From Eledone cirrhosa (lineage: Eukaryota), in assembly GCA_964016885.1 (NCBI GenBank), contig CAXHJY010000130.1, forward strand, positions 1 to 64,000: a stretch of 64,000 nucleotides of DNA. The letters run 5' to 3'. Under the pieces are notes generated by a model. That model was not told the DNA's origin, ran no database searches, and was given only the letters and a program-made list of their open reading frames with translations. The position numbers and the translations under genes are program-made. This document shows, one piece after another, positions 52,300-64,000 of the stretch (position 1 is its first letter; the number at the start of each line of letters is the position of its first letter).

Positions 52300-52360
52300 A
52301 TGTTGTACCAATTGCTACTAGTATTAGCAGCATTTTCATTCGTAAACAGCTACAACAACT
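52300..52360 (+). CDS. Exon 1: signal peptide MLYQLLLVLAAFSFVNS-YNN
   Basis: Good Kozak context, hydrophobic core, V-N-S cleavage site. Donor GTAAGT at 52361 in phase 1, matching the exon 2 acceptor. Confidence 0.85.
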
Positions 52361-53449
52361 GTAAGTAATTCATATTGCTATATATTGTATATTTGTTGAT
52401 GTTTTAAATTAGTTTAGTTGAATTTATCAATTGTACACAAGACGTGTCATAGCTCCAGTGTGACTCTATGAGAGTTGAAGATTATTAGGACTTACCTGTC
52501 CACTAAAATATCACATGACACATTACACTACCTAGATACATAGGTAATATCAAATATCCCGTATTGTGACACCAAGGAGACGAGAAGCCAATGATCAACA
52601 TGCCAAACTTCTCTCTAGTGTTTCATGTTTAAATCTTATGTTATTTATATGGTCAGATGTATAAGGTACCAGTACGGCTTACATCTTCACATTGTTCACA
52701 GTTGTTGAAAAACAAAGTGTAAGGTCTTGTAAGCTCTATCGCGATTGATAGAGAAGTTATCGATCTATATATGTGATCAGTTACATCTAATTCTTTAGGA
52801 TGGTGAATTGACAGAGTCGATAGAACATCGGACACAATACTTTGGGGTATTTGTCGTGACTCTTTCCACTCAAGTTTCACACCTCATTGTGGTAAAGTTT
52901 GTCTTCCATAATCTAGTGAGGTGTATAGTTAGATTTGTTACAACATCTGATGAGATGTGATATTTCTTACGGTTATTTGCCTTCTATAGTGTCTTCAGTG
53001 ATGGACTTAATACGTAATCCAGCTTAACACTACCGCTTTGGTTGTTTTTTTTACCTTTAACGTAGTTCACTCTCCTGCAAACATTCAAGAGAAATCTCTA
53101 GTTTGGAGGTAATTTTCTCTTTTTTTCACACCATTCTCGAAGACACAGAAAATTAAAGTATCGTGAACGTTAGGTTTCCTTATGTGCTTAAAAAATTGTG
53201 TTGTTCTTGTTTAGAAAAAAGTATGATTTGTATTGTAAAATTTTGTATATATTTTTTCCTTTATCTGTTTTGTTTTCTATGATTTGATATTTCTATCATT
53301 ATTGTGGGAGACGTAGTATTTCTGTTTTAAGGCCGTATTATGGTCAATGAAATCAAAATATCTCAGAGCGAACTTATGTATGTATGTATGTATGTATGTA
53401 TGTATGTATGTATGTATGTATGTATGTATGTATGTATGTATGTATTTAT

Positions 53450-53545
53450 GTCAGGTCGTTCTCGAGTGCTATTGGTGACATGTAACCCAGTACAATCTGT
53501 CTCATGGTCGGGTCGTCGGCAACTAAACCGGCAACTCCACCAAGT
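53450..53545 (-). mobile_element. Terminal fragment of the (ATGT)n-inserted non-coding element, in intron 1
   Basis: tcaggtc...catgtaacccagtacaa..tctcatggtcgggtcgtcggcaactaaaccggcaac directly after (ATGT)n. Confidence 0.75.
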
Positions 53546-53684
53546 ATTATTAAATGCAAGTATCTCCCTACATACAGGAAATTAAAATCAATAGCTTAAT
53601 ATCTTATGTATAATAGAATATATACCATATTGATATTACAGTGTTAGATATAAATATAATTATTGATCATATGATTTTTTACAG

Positions 53685-56600
53685 ACGAATGTACCCATAA
53701 TGGTAAACAATATAACGGAGCATTTAAAATCGACTGCAATACATGTGTGTGTACTGAAACGGGCCAAGCACTGTGTACAAGCAAAAGTTGTGGCTATGGA
53801 CAGCGACATACATGTTGGTATCAAGGTAAACGTTACGCTGTAGGACAGACATCTCAACAATCATGTAATAAATGTGTATGTAAAGCCAGTGGTCAAATGG
53901 AATGTACAAATAATGTGTGCCAGTGTCAATATAAAGGTAATGTCCACAACCATGGACAGACCTTCAAAGATGGATGTAAGTCTTGTACTTGTCAAATTAG
54001 CGGAACAGTGCAGTGTAGCAATCAAGGATGTGAATGTTATCACAAGAACATTCGCTATCAAACCGGACACACATTCTCAGATGATTGCAATACATGTGAA
54101 TGTTTAAGTGATGGAACAGTTAAATGTACTCAGAAAATGTGTAAATGTTACTACAGAGGAAAGATATTTAATGTAGGAGAGAAAATTGAAGAAGATTGCA
54201 ACACTTGCAACTGTCGAGGTAATGGTCAAGTAGATTGTATAAAGAATACGTGTCAGTGTACATATAAAGGAGAGGTTTATCAAATTCGTCAAAGATTTAA
54301 TGAAGAATGTAACCAATGTGTTTGTCAGTCAAATGGAGATGTTCAATGTACCAGTAACGTCTGTAAATGTACATACAATAACCAGGTCTATAATATTGGT
54401 GCTACATTTAATCAGGACTGCAACACCTGTATCTGTCAACAAACTGGACAGTTCCATTGTACATATAAGCAGTGTCAATGTACATATAAAGGACAGGTTT
54501 ATCAGATTAGTCAAAGATTTAAAGAAGAATGTAACCAATGTGTTTGTCAGTCAAATGGAGATGTTCAATGTACCAGTAACGTCTGTAAATGTACATACAA
54601 CAACCAGGTCTATAATACCGGGGCTTTATTTTATCAGGACTGTAACACCTGTACCTGTCAACAAAATGGACAGGTCCAATGTACAAATAACCCCTGTCAA
54701 TGTACATATAATGGACAGGTTTATCAAACTAGTCAAAGATTTAATGAAGAATGTAACCAATGTGTTTGTCAGTCAAATGGAGATGTTCAATGTACCAGTA
54801 ACGTCTGTAAATGTACATACAACAACCAGATCTATAATATCGGGGCTACATTTAATCATGACTGTAACACCTGTATCTGTCAACAAAAAGGACAGATTCA
54901 ATGTACAAATAAGCAGTGTCAATGTACATATAATGGACAGGTTTATCAAATTCGTCAAAGATTTAACGATGATTGTAACCAATGTGAATGTTTATCTAGT
55001 GGTACAGTGCAGTGTTCTAACAAGCCATGTATATGTTTTGAAAATGGAAGATCTTACCCCATTGGTACTACATTTAGCAAGGACTGCAACACCTGTACCT
55101 GTCAACAAAATGGAGACGTACAATGTACAAATAACCGTTGTCAATGTACATATAAAGGACAGGTTTATCAAACTAGTCAAAGATTTAATGAAGAATGTAA
55201 CCAATGTGTTTGTCAGTCAAATGGAGATGTTCAATGTACCAGTAACGTCTGTAAATGTACATACAACAACCAGGTCTATAATATCGGGGCTTCATTTAAT
55301 CAGGACTGCAACACCTGCACCTGTCAAGAAAAAGGACAGGTCCAATGTACATATAAGCAGTGTCAATGTACACATGAAGGTCATGTTTACCAAACTCATC
55401 AAAGATTTTACGATGATTGTAACCAATGTGAATGTTTATCTAGTGGTACAGTGCAGTGCTCTAACAAGCCATGTAAATGTTTTGAAAATGGAAGATCTTA
55501 CCCCATTGGTGCTAGATTTATCAAGGACTGTAACATATGCACCTGTCAACAAAATGGACAGGTCCAATGTACAAATAAGCAGTGTCAGTGTACATATGAA
55601 GGACAGGTTTATCAAAGTAGTCAAAGATTTAAAGAAAAATGTAACCAATGTGTTTGTCAGTCAAATGGAGTTGTTCAATGTACCAGTAACGTCTGTAAAT
55701 GTACCTACAACAACCAGATCTATAATATCGGGGCTTCATTTAATCATGATTGCAACACCTGTACCTGTCAACAAAATGGACAGGTCCAATGTTCAAATAA
55801 GCAGTGTCAGTGTACATATAAAGGACTGGTTTATCAAACTAGTCAAAGATTTAATGAAGAATGTAACCAATGTGTTTGTCAGTCAAATGGAGATGTTCAA
55901 TGTACCAGTAACGTCTGTAAATGTACCTACAACAACCAGATCTATAATAACGGGGATTCATTTAACCATGACTGTAACACCTGTATCTGTCAAGAAAAAG
56001 GACAGATCCAATGTACAAATAACCCCTGTCAATGTACACATAAAGGACAGGTTTATCAAATTAATCAGAGATTTAATGAAGAATGTAACCAATGTGTTTG
56101 TCAGTCAAATGGAGTTGTTCAATGTACCAGTAACGTCTGTAAATGTACCTACAACAACCAGATCTATAATATTGGGGCTTCATTTAATCAGGACTGCAAC
56201 ACCTGCACTTGTCAACAAAATAGACAGGTCCAATGTTCAAATAACCCCTGTCAATGTACATATAAAGGACAGGTTTATCAAACTAGTCAAAGATTTAATG
56301 AAGAATGTAACCAATGTGTTTGTCAGTCAAATGGAGATGTTCAATGTACCAGTAACGTCTGTAAATGTACCTACAATAACCAGATCTATCATATCGGTAC
56401 TACATTTCATCAGGACTGCAATACCTGCACTTGTCAACAAAATAGACAGGTCCAATGTTCAAATAACCCCTGTCAATGTACATATAAAGAACAGGTTTAT
56501 CAAACTAGTCAAAGATTTAATGAAGAATGTAACCAATGTGTTTGTCAGTCAAATGGAGATGTTCAATGTACCGAAAAAATTTGTAAATGTACCTACAATA

Positions 56601-59600
56601 ACCAGATCTATAATATCGGGGCTTCATTTAATCAGGACTGCAACATCTGCACTTGTCAAGAAAATAGACAGGTCCAATGTTCAAATAACCCCTGTCAATG
56701 TACATATAAAGGACTGGTTTATCAAACTAGTCAAAGATTTAATGAAGAATGTAACCAATGTGTTTGTCAGTCAAATGGAGATGTTCAATGTACCGAAAAA
56801 ATTTGTAAATGTACCTACAATAACCAGATCTATAATATCGGGGCTTCATTTAATCAGGACTGCAACATCTGCACTTGTCAAGAAAATAGACAGGTCCAAT
56901 GTTCAAATAACCCCTGTCAATGTACATATAAAGGACTGGTTTATCAAACTAGTCAAAGATTTAATGAAGAATGTAACCAATGTGTTTGTCAGTCAAATGG
57001 AGATGTTCAATGTACCGAAAAAATTTGTAAATGTACCTACAATAACCAGATCTATCATATCGGTACTACATTTAATCAGGACTGCAACACCTGCACTTGT
57101 CAACAAAATGAACAAGTCCAATGTTCCAATAACCCATGTCAATGTACATATAAAGGACAGGTTTATCAAACTAGTCAAATATTTAATGAAGAATGTAACC
57201 AATGTGTTTGTCAGTCAAATGGAGATGTTCAATGTACCAGTAACGTCTGTAAATGTACATACAACAACCAGATCTATAATATCGGGGCTTCATTTAATCA
57301 GGACTGCAACACCTGCACTTGTCAACAAAATAGACAGGTCCAATGTTCAAATAACCCCTGTCAATGTACATATAAAGGACAGGTTTATCAAACTAGTCAA
57401 AGATTTAATGAAGAATGTAACCAATGTGTTTGTCAGTCAAATGGAGATGTTCAATGTACCAGTAACGTCTGTAAATGTACATACAACAACCAGATCTATA
57501 ATATCGGGGCTTCATTTAATCAGGACTGCAACACCTGCACTTGTCAACAAAATAGACAGGTCCAATGTTCAAATAACCCCTGTCAATGTACATATAAAGG
57601 ACAGGTTTATCAAACTAGTCAAAGATTTAATGAAGAATGTAACCAATGTGTTTGTCAGTCAAATGGAGATGTTCAATGTACCAGTAACGTCTGTAAATGT
57701 ACATACAACAACCAGATCTATAATATCGGGGCTTCATTTAATCAGGACTGCAACACCTGCACTTGTCAACAAAATAGACAGGTCCAATGTTCAAATAACC
57801 CCTGTCAATGTACATATAAAGGACAGGTTTATCAAACTAGTCAAAGATTTAATGAAGAATGTAACCAATGTGTTTGTCAGTCAAATGGAGATGTTCAATG
57901 TACCAGTAACGTCTGTAAATGTACATACAACAACCAGATCTATAATATCGGGGCTTCATTTAATCAGGACTGCAACACCTGCACTTGTCAACAAAATAGA
58001 CAGGTCCAATGTTCAAATAACCCCTGTCAATGTACATATAAAGGACAGGTTTATCAAACTAGTCAAAGATTTAATGAAGAATGTAACCAATGTGTTTGTC
58101 AGTCAAATGGAGATGTTCAATGTACCAGTAACGTCTGTAAATGTACATACAACAACCAGGTCTATAATATCGGTGCTTTATTTAACCAGGGCTGTAACAC
58201 CTGTATCTGTCAAGAAAAAGGAGAGATCCAATGTTCAAATAACCCCTGTCAATGTACATATAAAGGACAGGTTTATCAAATTAGTCAAAGATTTAATGAA
58301 GAATGTAACCAATGTGTTTGTCAGTCAAATGGAGATGTTCAATGTACCAGTAACGTCTGTAAATGTACATACAACAACCAGGTCTATAATATTGGTACTA
58401 CATTTAATCAGGACTGTAACGCATGCACCTGTCAACAAAATGGACAGGTCCAATGTTCCAATAACCCCTGTCAATGTACATATAAAGGACAGGTTTATCA
58501 AACTAGTCATAGATTTAATGAAGAATGTAACCAATGTGTTTGTCAGTTAAATGGAGATGTTCAATGTACCGACAAAATTTGTAAATGTACCTACAATAAC
58601 CAGATCTATAATATCGGTATTACATTTAATCAGGACTGCAACACCTGCACCTGTCAACAAAATGGACAGGTCCAATGTACAAATAAGCAGTGTCAATGTA
58701 CATATAAAGCAGAGGTTTATCAAATTAGTCAAAGATTTAATGAAGAATGTAACCAATGTGTTTGTCAGTCAAATGGAGATGTTCAATGCACAAGTAACGT
58801 CTGTAAATGTACATACAACAACCAGATCTATAATATTGGTGCTACATTTAATCAGGACTGTAACGCATGCACCTGTCAACAAAATGGACAGGTCCAATGT
58901 TCAAATAACCGTTGTCATTGTACATATAAAGGACAGGTTTATGAAATTCGTCAAATATTTAATGAAGAATGTAACCAATGTGTTTGTCAGTCAAATGGAG
59001 ATGTTCAATGTACCAGTAACGTCTGTAAATGTACATACAACAACCAGATCTATAATATCGGGGCTTCATTTAATCAGGACTGTAACACCTGTACCTGTCA
59101 ACAAAATAGACAAGTCCAATGTACAATTAAGCAGTGTCAATGTACATATAAAGGACAGGTTTATCAAATTCGTCAAAGATTTAACGATGATTGTAACCAA
59201 TGTGAATGTTTATCTAGTAGTACTGTGCAGTGCTCTAACAAGGTTTGTAAATGTTTTGAAAATGGAAGATCTTACCCCATTGGTGCTACATTTAGCAAGG
59301 ACTGCAATACATGCACATGTCAAATAGATGGTCGTATACAGTGTACAAGCAACCCATGTACCTGTACCTACAACAATAGACTTTATAATTTTGGACAACA
59401 ATTCAGTGATGACTGTAACACCTGCACTTGTCAACAAAATAGACAAGTCCAATGTTCAAATAACCCCTGTCAATGTACATATAAAGGACAGGTTTATCAA
59501 ACTAGTCAAACATTTAATGAAGAATGTAACCAATGTGTTTGTCAGTCAAATGGAGATGTTCAATGTACCAGTGACGTCTGTAAATGTACATACAACAACC

Positions 59601-60274
59601 AGGTCTATAATATCGGAGCTTTATTTATCCAGGATTGCAACACCTGTACCTGTCAACAAAATGGACAAGTCCAATGTTCAAATAAGCAGTGTCAATGTAC
59701 ATATAAAAGACAGGTTTATCAAATTAGTCAAAGATTTAATGAAGAATGTAACCAATGTGTTTGTCAGTCAAATGGAGATGTTCAATGTACCAGTAACGTC
59801 TGTAAATGTACATACAGCAACCAGGTCTATAATATTGGTACTACATTCAATCAGGACTGTAACACTTGTACCTGTCAACAAAATGGTGTTGTAAGCTGTA
59901 CTAAAATGCAATGTTCTTGTACATACAATGGTAAACGTTATGATGTTGGTTCTATATTCCACAATGATTGCAACAAATGTCAGTGCCATGATGATGGAAG
60001 AGTCCAATGTGAACAGAACAAATGCTCCAAACCATGCCTATTCAATGGAAAAACCTTTTCTGTCGGAGGCTCGTTTAAAAAAGACTGCAATACATGTACA
60101 TGTGGACAGTTTGGTCAAGTAGCATGTACTAAAATGTACTGTCCTAAATCGAAATGTGAACTTAAAGGAAAAGTTTTCGAAGCCAACCAAATATTTATGT
60201 TTGAAGATAAATGCAATATATGCCGGTGTAAACACGGGAAAATAAAGTGTACCAACTATGACTGTTATGATAAG
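53685..60274 (+). CDS. Exon 2 (6590 nt): ~59 tandem 37-aa six-Cys pacifastin-like / half-VWC modules
   Basis: Acceptor ttttttacAG, in frame with the 2182-aa ORF. Repeat C-x16-C-N-x-C-x-C-x3-G-x3-C-[TS]-x3-C. Donor AAG|GTTAGT. Confidence 0.93.
54252..59915 (+). repeat. Coding tandem array of 111-bp monomers alternating as a 222-bp dimer
   Basis: Units around 57185-58150 are identical or nearly so. Terminal units are diverged. Confidence 0.95.
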
Positions 60275-60619
60275 GTTAGTAATTTGTTTTATTAGTTTAG
60301 TCATTATTTCAAATATAATAAATTTAATCTATTTTGCTTTCCACTGATTTTATTATGCAGAATAATAAGAATTAATCATTATGTTCAGACCTTGTGTATA
60401 TGTATATATTTACTACACCACATTAATATTCTCTTCATCACAAAACGTTTTCTATTATATATTTGTACACAATCAATGATTAATAAGAAAATATATAGAA
60501 ACCATTAAATATTTATCGGATATCATTGACACTTTTCCCAAATCACTGATATATAGATATATATATATATTGCACTATATCATCCTTACATTTCAAAGTA
60601 TATATTTTCAACATATATG

Positions 60620-61600
60620 TCGGTGAATGTTGTTGACAAGATTCGGTAGGTTGTGGCTGATACGCTGAGGAATGTTGTCCATATTCTTGGCTCTGCAATT
60701 CTCTCGAAAGTCATTCTAGTATACTTGGAGATCAAACTCACGTTCAACATCATGAAGGACTGTTTTGCACTCCCAAAACTTCTCTTTTCAATGTGCAGTG
60801 AACTATATCCTCCCAAATCGTAACATCTCAGCGACCTTTCCGCCACAATCTGTTGCTGCACCGAACTCACCTGCAAAGTCAGTTTTGATGAAATAGGTTG
60901 ACAATAGGTGAAACTCTCTATGAGTTTGAGTGGCTTCCGCCTCCGTTCAGCATCTGATATGGCACTGCCGGCTTACCTTTCATTCATTATCTCTAATCGC
61001 ATCCTCATCCACGAGGTTCATTGAAATACATAAGAATCTGATATTGAATGGGAACTCGAATCAGCTCTGGCTATCTGATGATAACCTCACTCTTCCTCAG
61101 TATACTGGTTACCAATAACATCAAATGTAGTTCAACCTGTACGAGGATTGAATCTTCCCTCGAGTAACAGTCTCACCCACCTCTGCGTCGCAGTCAACCA
61201 GTGATGTGTAGTTCAATTGTGTTCTTTCTTCATCAACAGAGTGAACACACAGAGTAATCCTACACCTTAGCCTCCGTGTGTGTGTTAGCCCCACAAATAC
61301 CGTTGTCGATCACTGTCAGCTAGTTTAGACTACATCAACTCTCTTGTCTCCACATTACATGTCTATTCTCTTGGTACGTCTCTTTCAATGTCATCATTCG
61401 AAGGAGCCTTGATGTGACTGGTTTCCAATCATAATGGGAACCTTTCGGCATCAACTGCGGTGTCAGTAGGTGCTCAGGCCTGATAATCCTTTTTCCACTC
61501 GAGACGCCATATGTTGCAACACGTTCTCTGATACCGATCTCATCAATATGACAACAAACCTGACCATCACCGCTCGTAATGCGGAAGATAATTAAATTTC
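60620..61600 (-). mobile_element. Probable degraded retroelement remnant in intron 2
   Basis: Elevated GC, adjacent to a SINE. No intact motif recognised. Confidence 0.25.
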
Positions 61601-61639
61601 GAGTTTTGACTGATCGTATTTGCGTTGACTTACTATCGA

Positions 61640-61905
61640 GACACGTGGCTAAGCATTCCACAGACACGCGTACCCTTAACGTAATTCTCAGGGAGATTCA
61701 GCATAACACAGTATGTAACAAGGCTGGCCGTTCAAATTACAGGTACAATACATTTTTGCCAGCTGAGTGAACTGGAACAACGTGTAATAAAGTGTCAAAA
61801 CGAGCTCAACGAGCTCAAGAACACAAAACGTCGCCGGGAATCGAACTCCCGATTTTACGATTGTGAGCCGAATACCCTAACCACTAACCACAAAGCCATG
61901 CACCT
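61640..61905 (-). mobile_element. Second tRNA-derived SINE family (octopus-type) in intron 2
   Basis: Minus strand ggtgcatggc...ttagtggttagggtattcggctcacaatc...GAGTTCGATTCCcggcgacg...cactcagctggcaaaaatg. Confidence 0.75.
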
Positions 61906-61995
61906 TTACAACGTCATATGTATTCATTATTTCAAACACACCTTAAACATAACAAGTCTGTTAAATATATTATCTTATCAATTAATTTATTGCAG

Positions 61996-62010
61996 GTACG
62001 ACGATACTAA
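61996..62010 (+). CDS. Predicted terminal exon 3 (VRRY-stop)
   Basis: Acceptor aatttattgcAG in phase 0, AATAAA at 62082-62087. Alternatives are the acceptor at 60360 or read-through to the stop at 60295. Confidence 0.6.
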   Translation, partial: VRRY

Positions 62011-62081
62011 AAGAAGAGAAGTTGGTGTATTCGATCACCTTACTAAATGTAAATATTGCAAATGAAACATTATATTTATTT

Positions 62082-62087
62082 AATAAA
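62082..62087 (+). terminator. Candidate polyadenylation signal
   Basis: AATAAA 72 nt after the predicted stop codon. Confidence 0.45.
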
Positions 62088-62128
62088 AATCATATTTATA
62101 TATCATCATATCACAGTTTTATTGTTTA

Positions 62129-62236
62129 CTAGCTGAGGTACCCAGCTTCGCCAAGGTTAATAAATGATAAGAGAAGACGGCAGAAGAGAAAACGTCTGTA
62201 TTGAATGCATTGTCTGGTTTACAGTGTGTGTGTTCT

Positions 62237-62286
<50 letters not shown>

Positions 62287-62330
62287 CCTGTGTGGGTGTT
62301 CGTGTGTGTGCGTGGGCGAGTGTGTGTAAA
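62129..62330 (-). mobile_element. Non-autonomous Helitron-like 3' end
   Basis: actagctgaggtacccagcttcgccaaggt parallels actagcacaggtacccggcgttgctcgggt at 1127. Confidence 0.5.
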
Positions 62331-63540
62331 CCACCGTGGGAATCGGGGACATAGGCCGCGAAACACGATCATCACAGACAACGAACTCGCAGAGAGAATC
62401 CCTTATGCTTGATTCCCAACCTGCTAGAAATAGCAGTCGGGTTGGTTAGCATACGTGGTATGTCTTTCTTCTTCTTTGGTGTTATAAAATTAGTAGCAAT
62501 AAACTTTCCTGGATATACTCTCTATCCCAATCCTGTACATACTTTCCGATTGTCACTTTTTGTTTTTTTCGTGTGATACGCGAAGGAACCAACCAACAAA
62601 CATCTCTCTTTTATATCTCTTTTATTTGTTCATTCAAAATATTTTCCAGCTAATTCTGTCGTACAATATACATCAGCAATCGTTATCTAATGTTTAAAAC
62701 ATATGAATAGCTGTGATATATGCACCATATCAATCAAAAACGATATGAGAATGGAATACCATACTAAAGCGCCAGTAAGCTTGCTAAGAACCTGCAGATA
62801 GAAATGTTAATAAATACATTTGGCTTGGGTAAACTTTAAGATGTTCTTTCATTGTAGGTTTCTTTTCTTCTTCTCTCCTTTCCTCTCCTCTTCCTTCTTC
62901 ATCTCTCTCTCTTTATATATATATATATATATATACGGCTAGGTTTACCGGCATTTTATCTTTTCAGGAATCCCCCCTCCACTCCAGTGCAAAGATACCG
63001 CACGCCCTCTCAAGCCATCGAGGGGGGGGGGGGGGTTAATGTGCTCTGATATCGGGTTTGAATAGTTTTTAGGATTCCCCAGTTCAGCAGCCAGTACGTT
63101 AAGAAAATTAACAAACTTTACAATAATTTGTACAACCATAATGGAAATTCCAAGTAAAAGAAAATACATAAATTACATTGTTAGAGCCTCAGAGTATACA
63201 ATATTTTTTGTTCGGCCCTTGGGAGCAAAGATGAAGAGATTGTTTGGCGAGCTCAACCTAGATCATCCTACATACAATTGACCATGGTTTTCCCATATGA
63301 AGGCCAGCCACTTTTAGGGTTTGATCCTGAGCTGTGTTGATGGTAATCGCGAAGCTTAGTCTCTCTGTTGCTCTAGTAACATTTTTCCTTCTGGAAAATC
63401 TGATCTTGCGGCCAGGCTAGAACTTTTTGGGTGGCATATCGGCAGTAACAATGACGATAAGCCGTCTGTGCTTTCGTGAAATAAATACGTTTGTTTGTAT
63501 TTTGTTTTTGTGTATGTAAAAATATCTGTACACGAATATA

Positions 63541-63669
<129 letters not shown>

Positions 63670-64000
63670 TCTCTCTCTATAAAAAATAACAGATTAAAGT
63701 TTAAGCAAAGAATCGCTGCTTTCACTCTTAACGGGGTCTTCTGAAACTAAAAAAAATAATCTGGTGAACGCAGAAGTAAATATTTCGAAAAACGTTGCAA
63801 CCGAAAGAAAACAGGAAGATGATACTTTGGTTCGTGAAGACGTTAGGAATGTCGTATAACCGGAAATTGAAAATTTTAAAGAAGTGGATATTAAATAATG
63901 TCTTTAATCTTTAAAAAAAACACAGTAGACGAAAATATCCTCACATTTTACTTGGAAATAGTTACAACTACGGTGCTGTTTGGTCCAGCCGTTTGGCGGA

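Noticed and set aside
54300-58550. 1416-aa overlapping ORF in a shifted frame of the cysteine-rich exon
   Set aside because: A 222-bp unit lacking stops in that frame stays open automatically when tandemly amplified. It closes in diverged units and has no signal peptide or splice support.
54252-59915. CRISPR-like or satellite interpretation of the regular repeat
   Set aside because: No unique spacers. Unit length is a multiple of three with conserved Cys codons, in eukaryotic context.

Overview
AT-rich, microsatellite-laden eukaryotic DNA, most likely from an octopod cephalopod (inferred from the octopus-type tRNA-derived SINEs and repeat landscape; not provable from this window). The first ~51 kb is almost entirely nested transposons. 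These are a head-to-tail Helitron array (one copy carries a Ulp1/SENP-like protease and a truncated Rep region), three coding Penelope-like elements (PLEs), several non-coding PLE-derived or retrozyme-like repeats, a Tx1/L1-like LINE, three CRE-like copies, a cluster of R4/Dong-like LINEs with a non-coding partner element all inserted in (TACA)n tracts, and SINEs and MITEs. At least five sequence-distinct families carry hammerhead ribozyme cores; in three of them the minimal type I fold can be fully drawn by eye. The only convincing host gene is a three-exon gene (52300-62010, +). It encodes a ~2220-aa secreted protein made of ~59 tandem 37-aa six-cysteine pacifastin/half-VWC-like modules, almost all within one 6.6-kb exon. 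Most short ORFs in the supplied track are microsatellite or antisense artefacts. Coordinates were read by eye; family and clade names come from motif recognition, not database searches.
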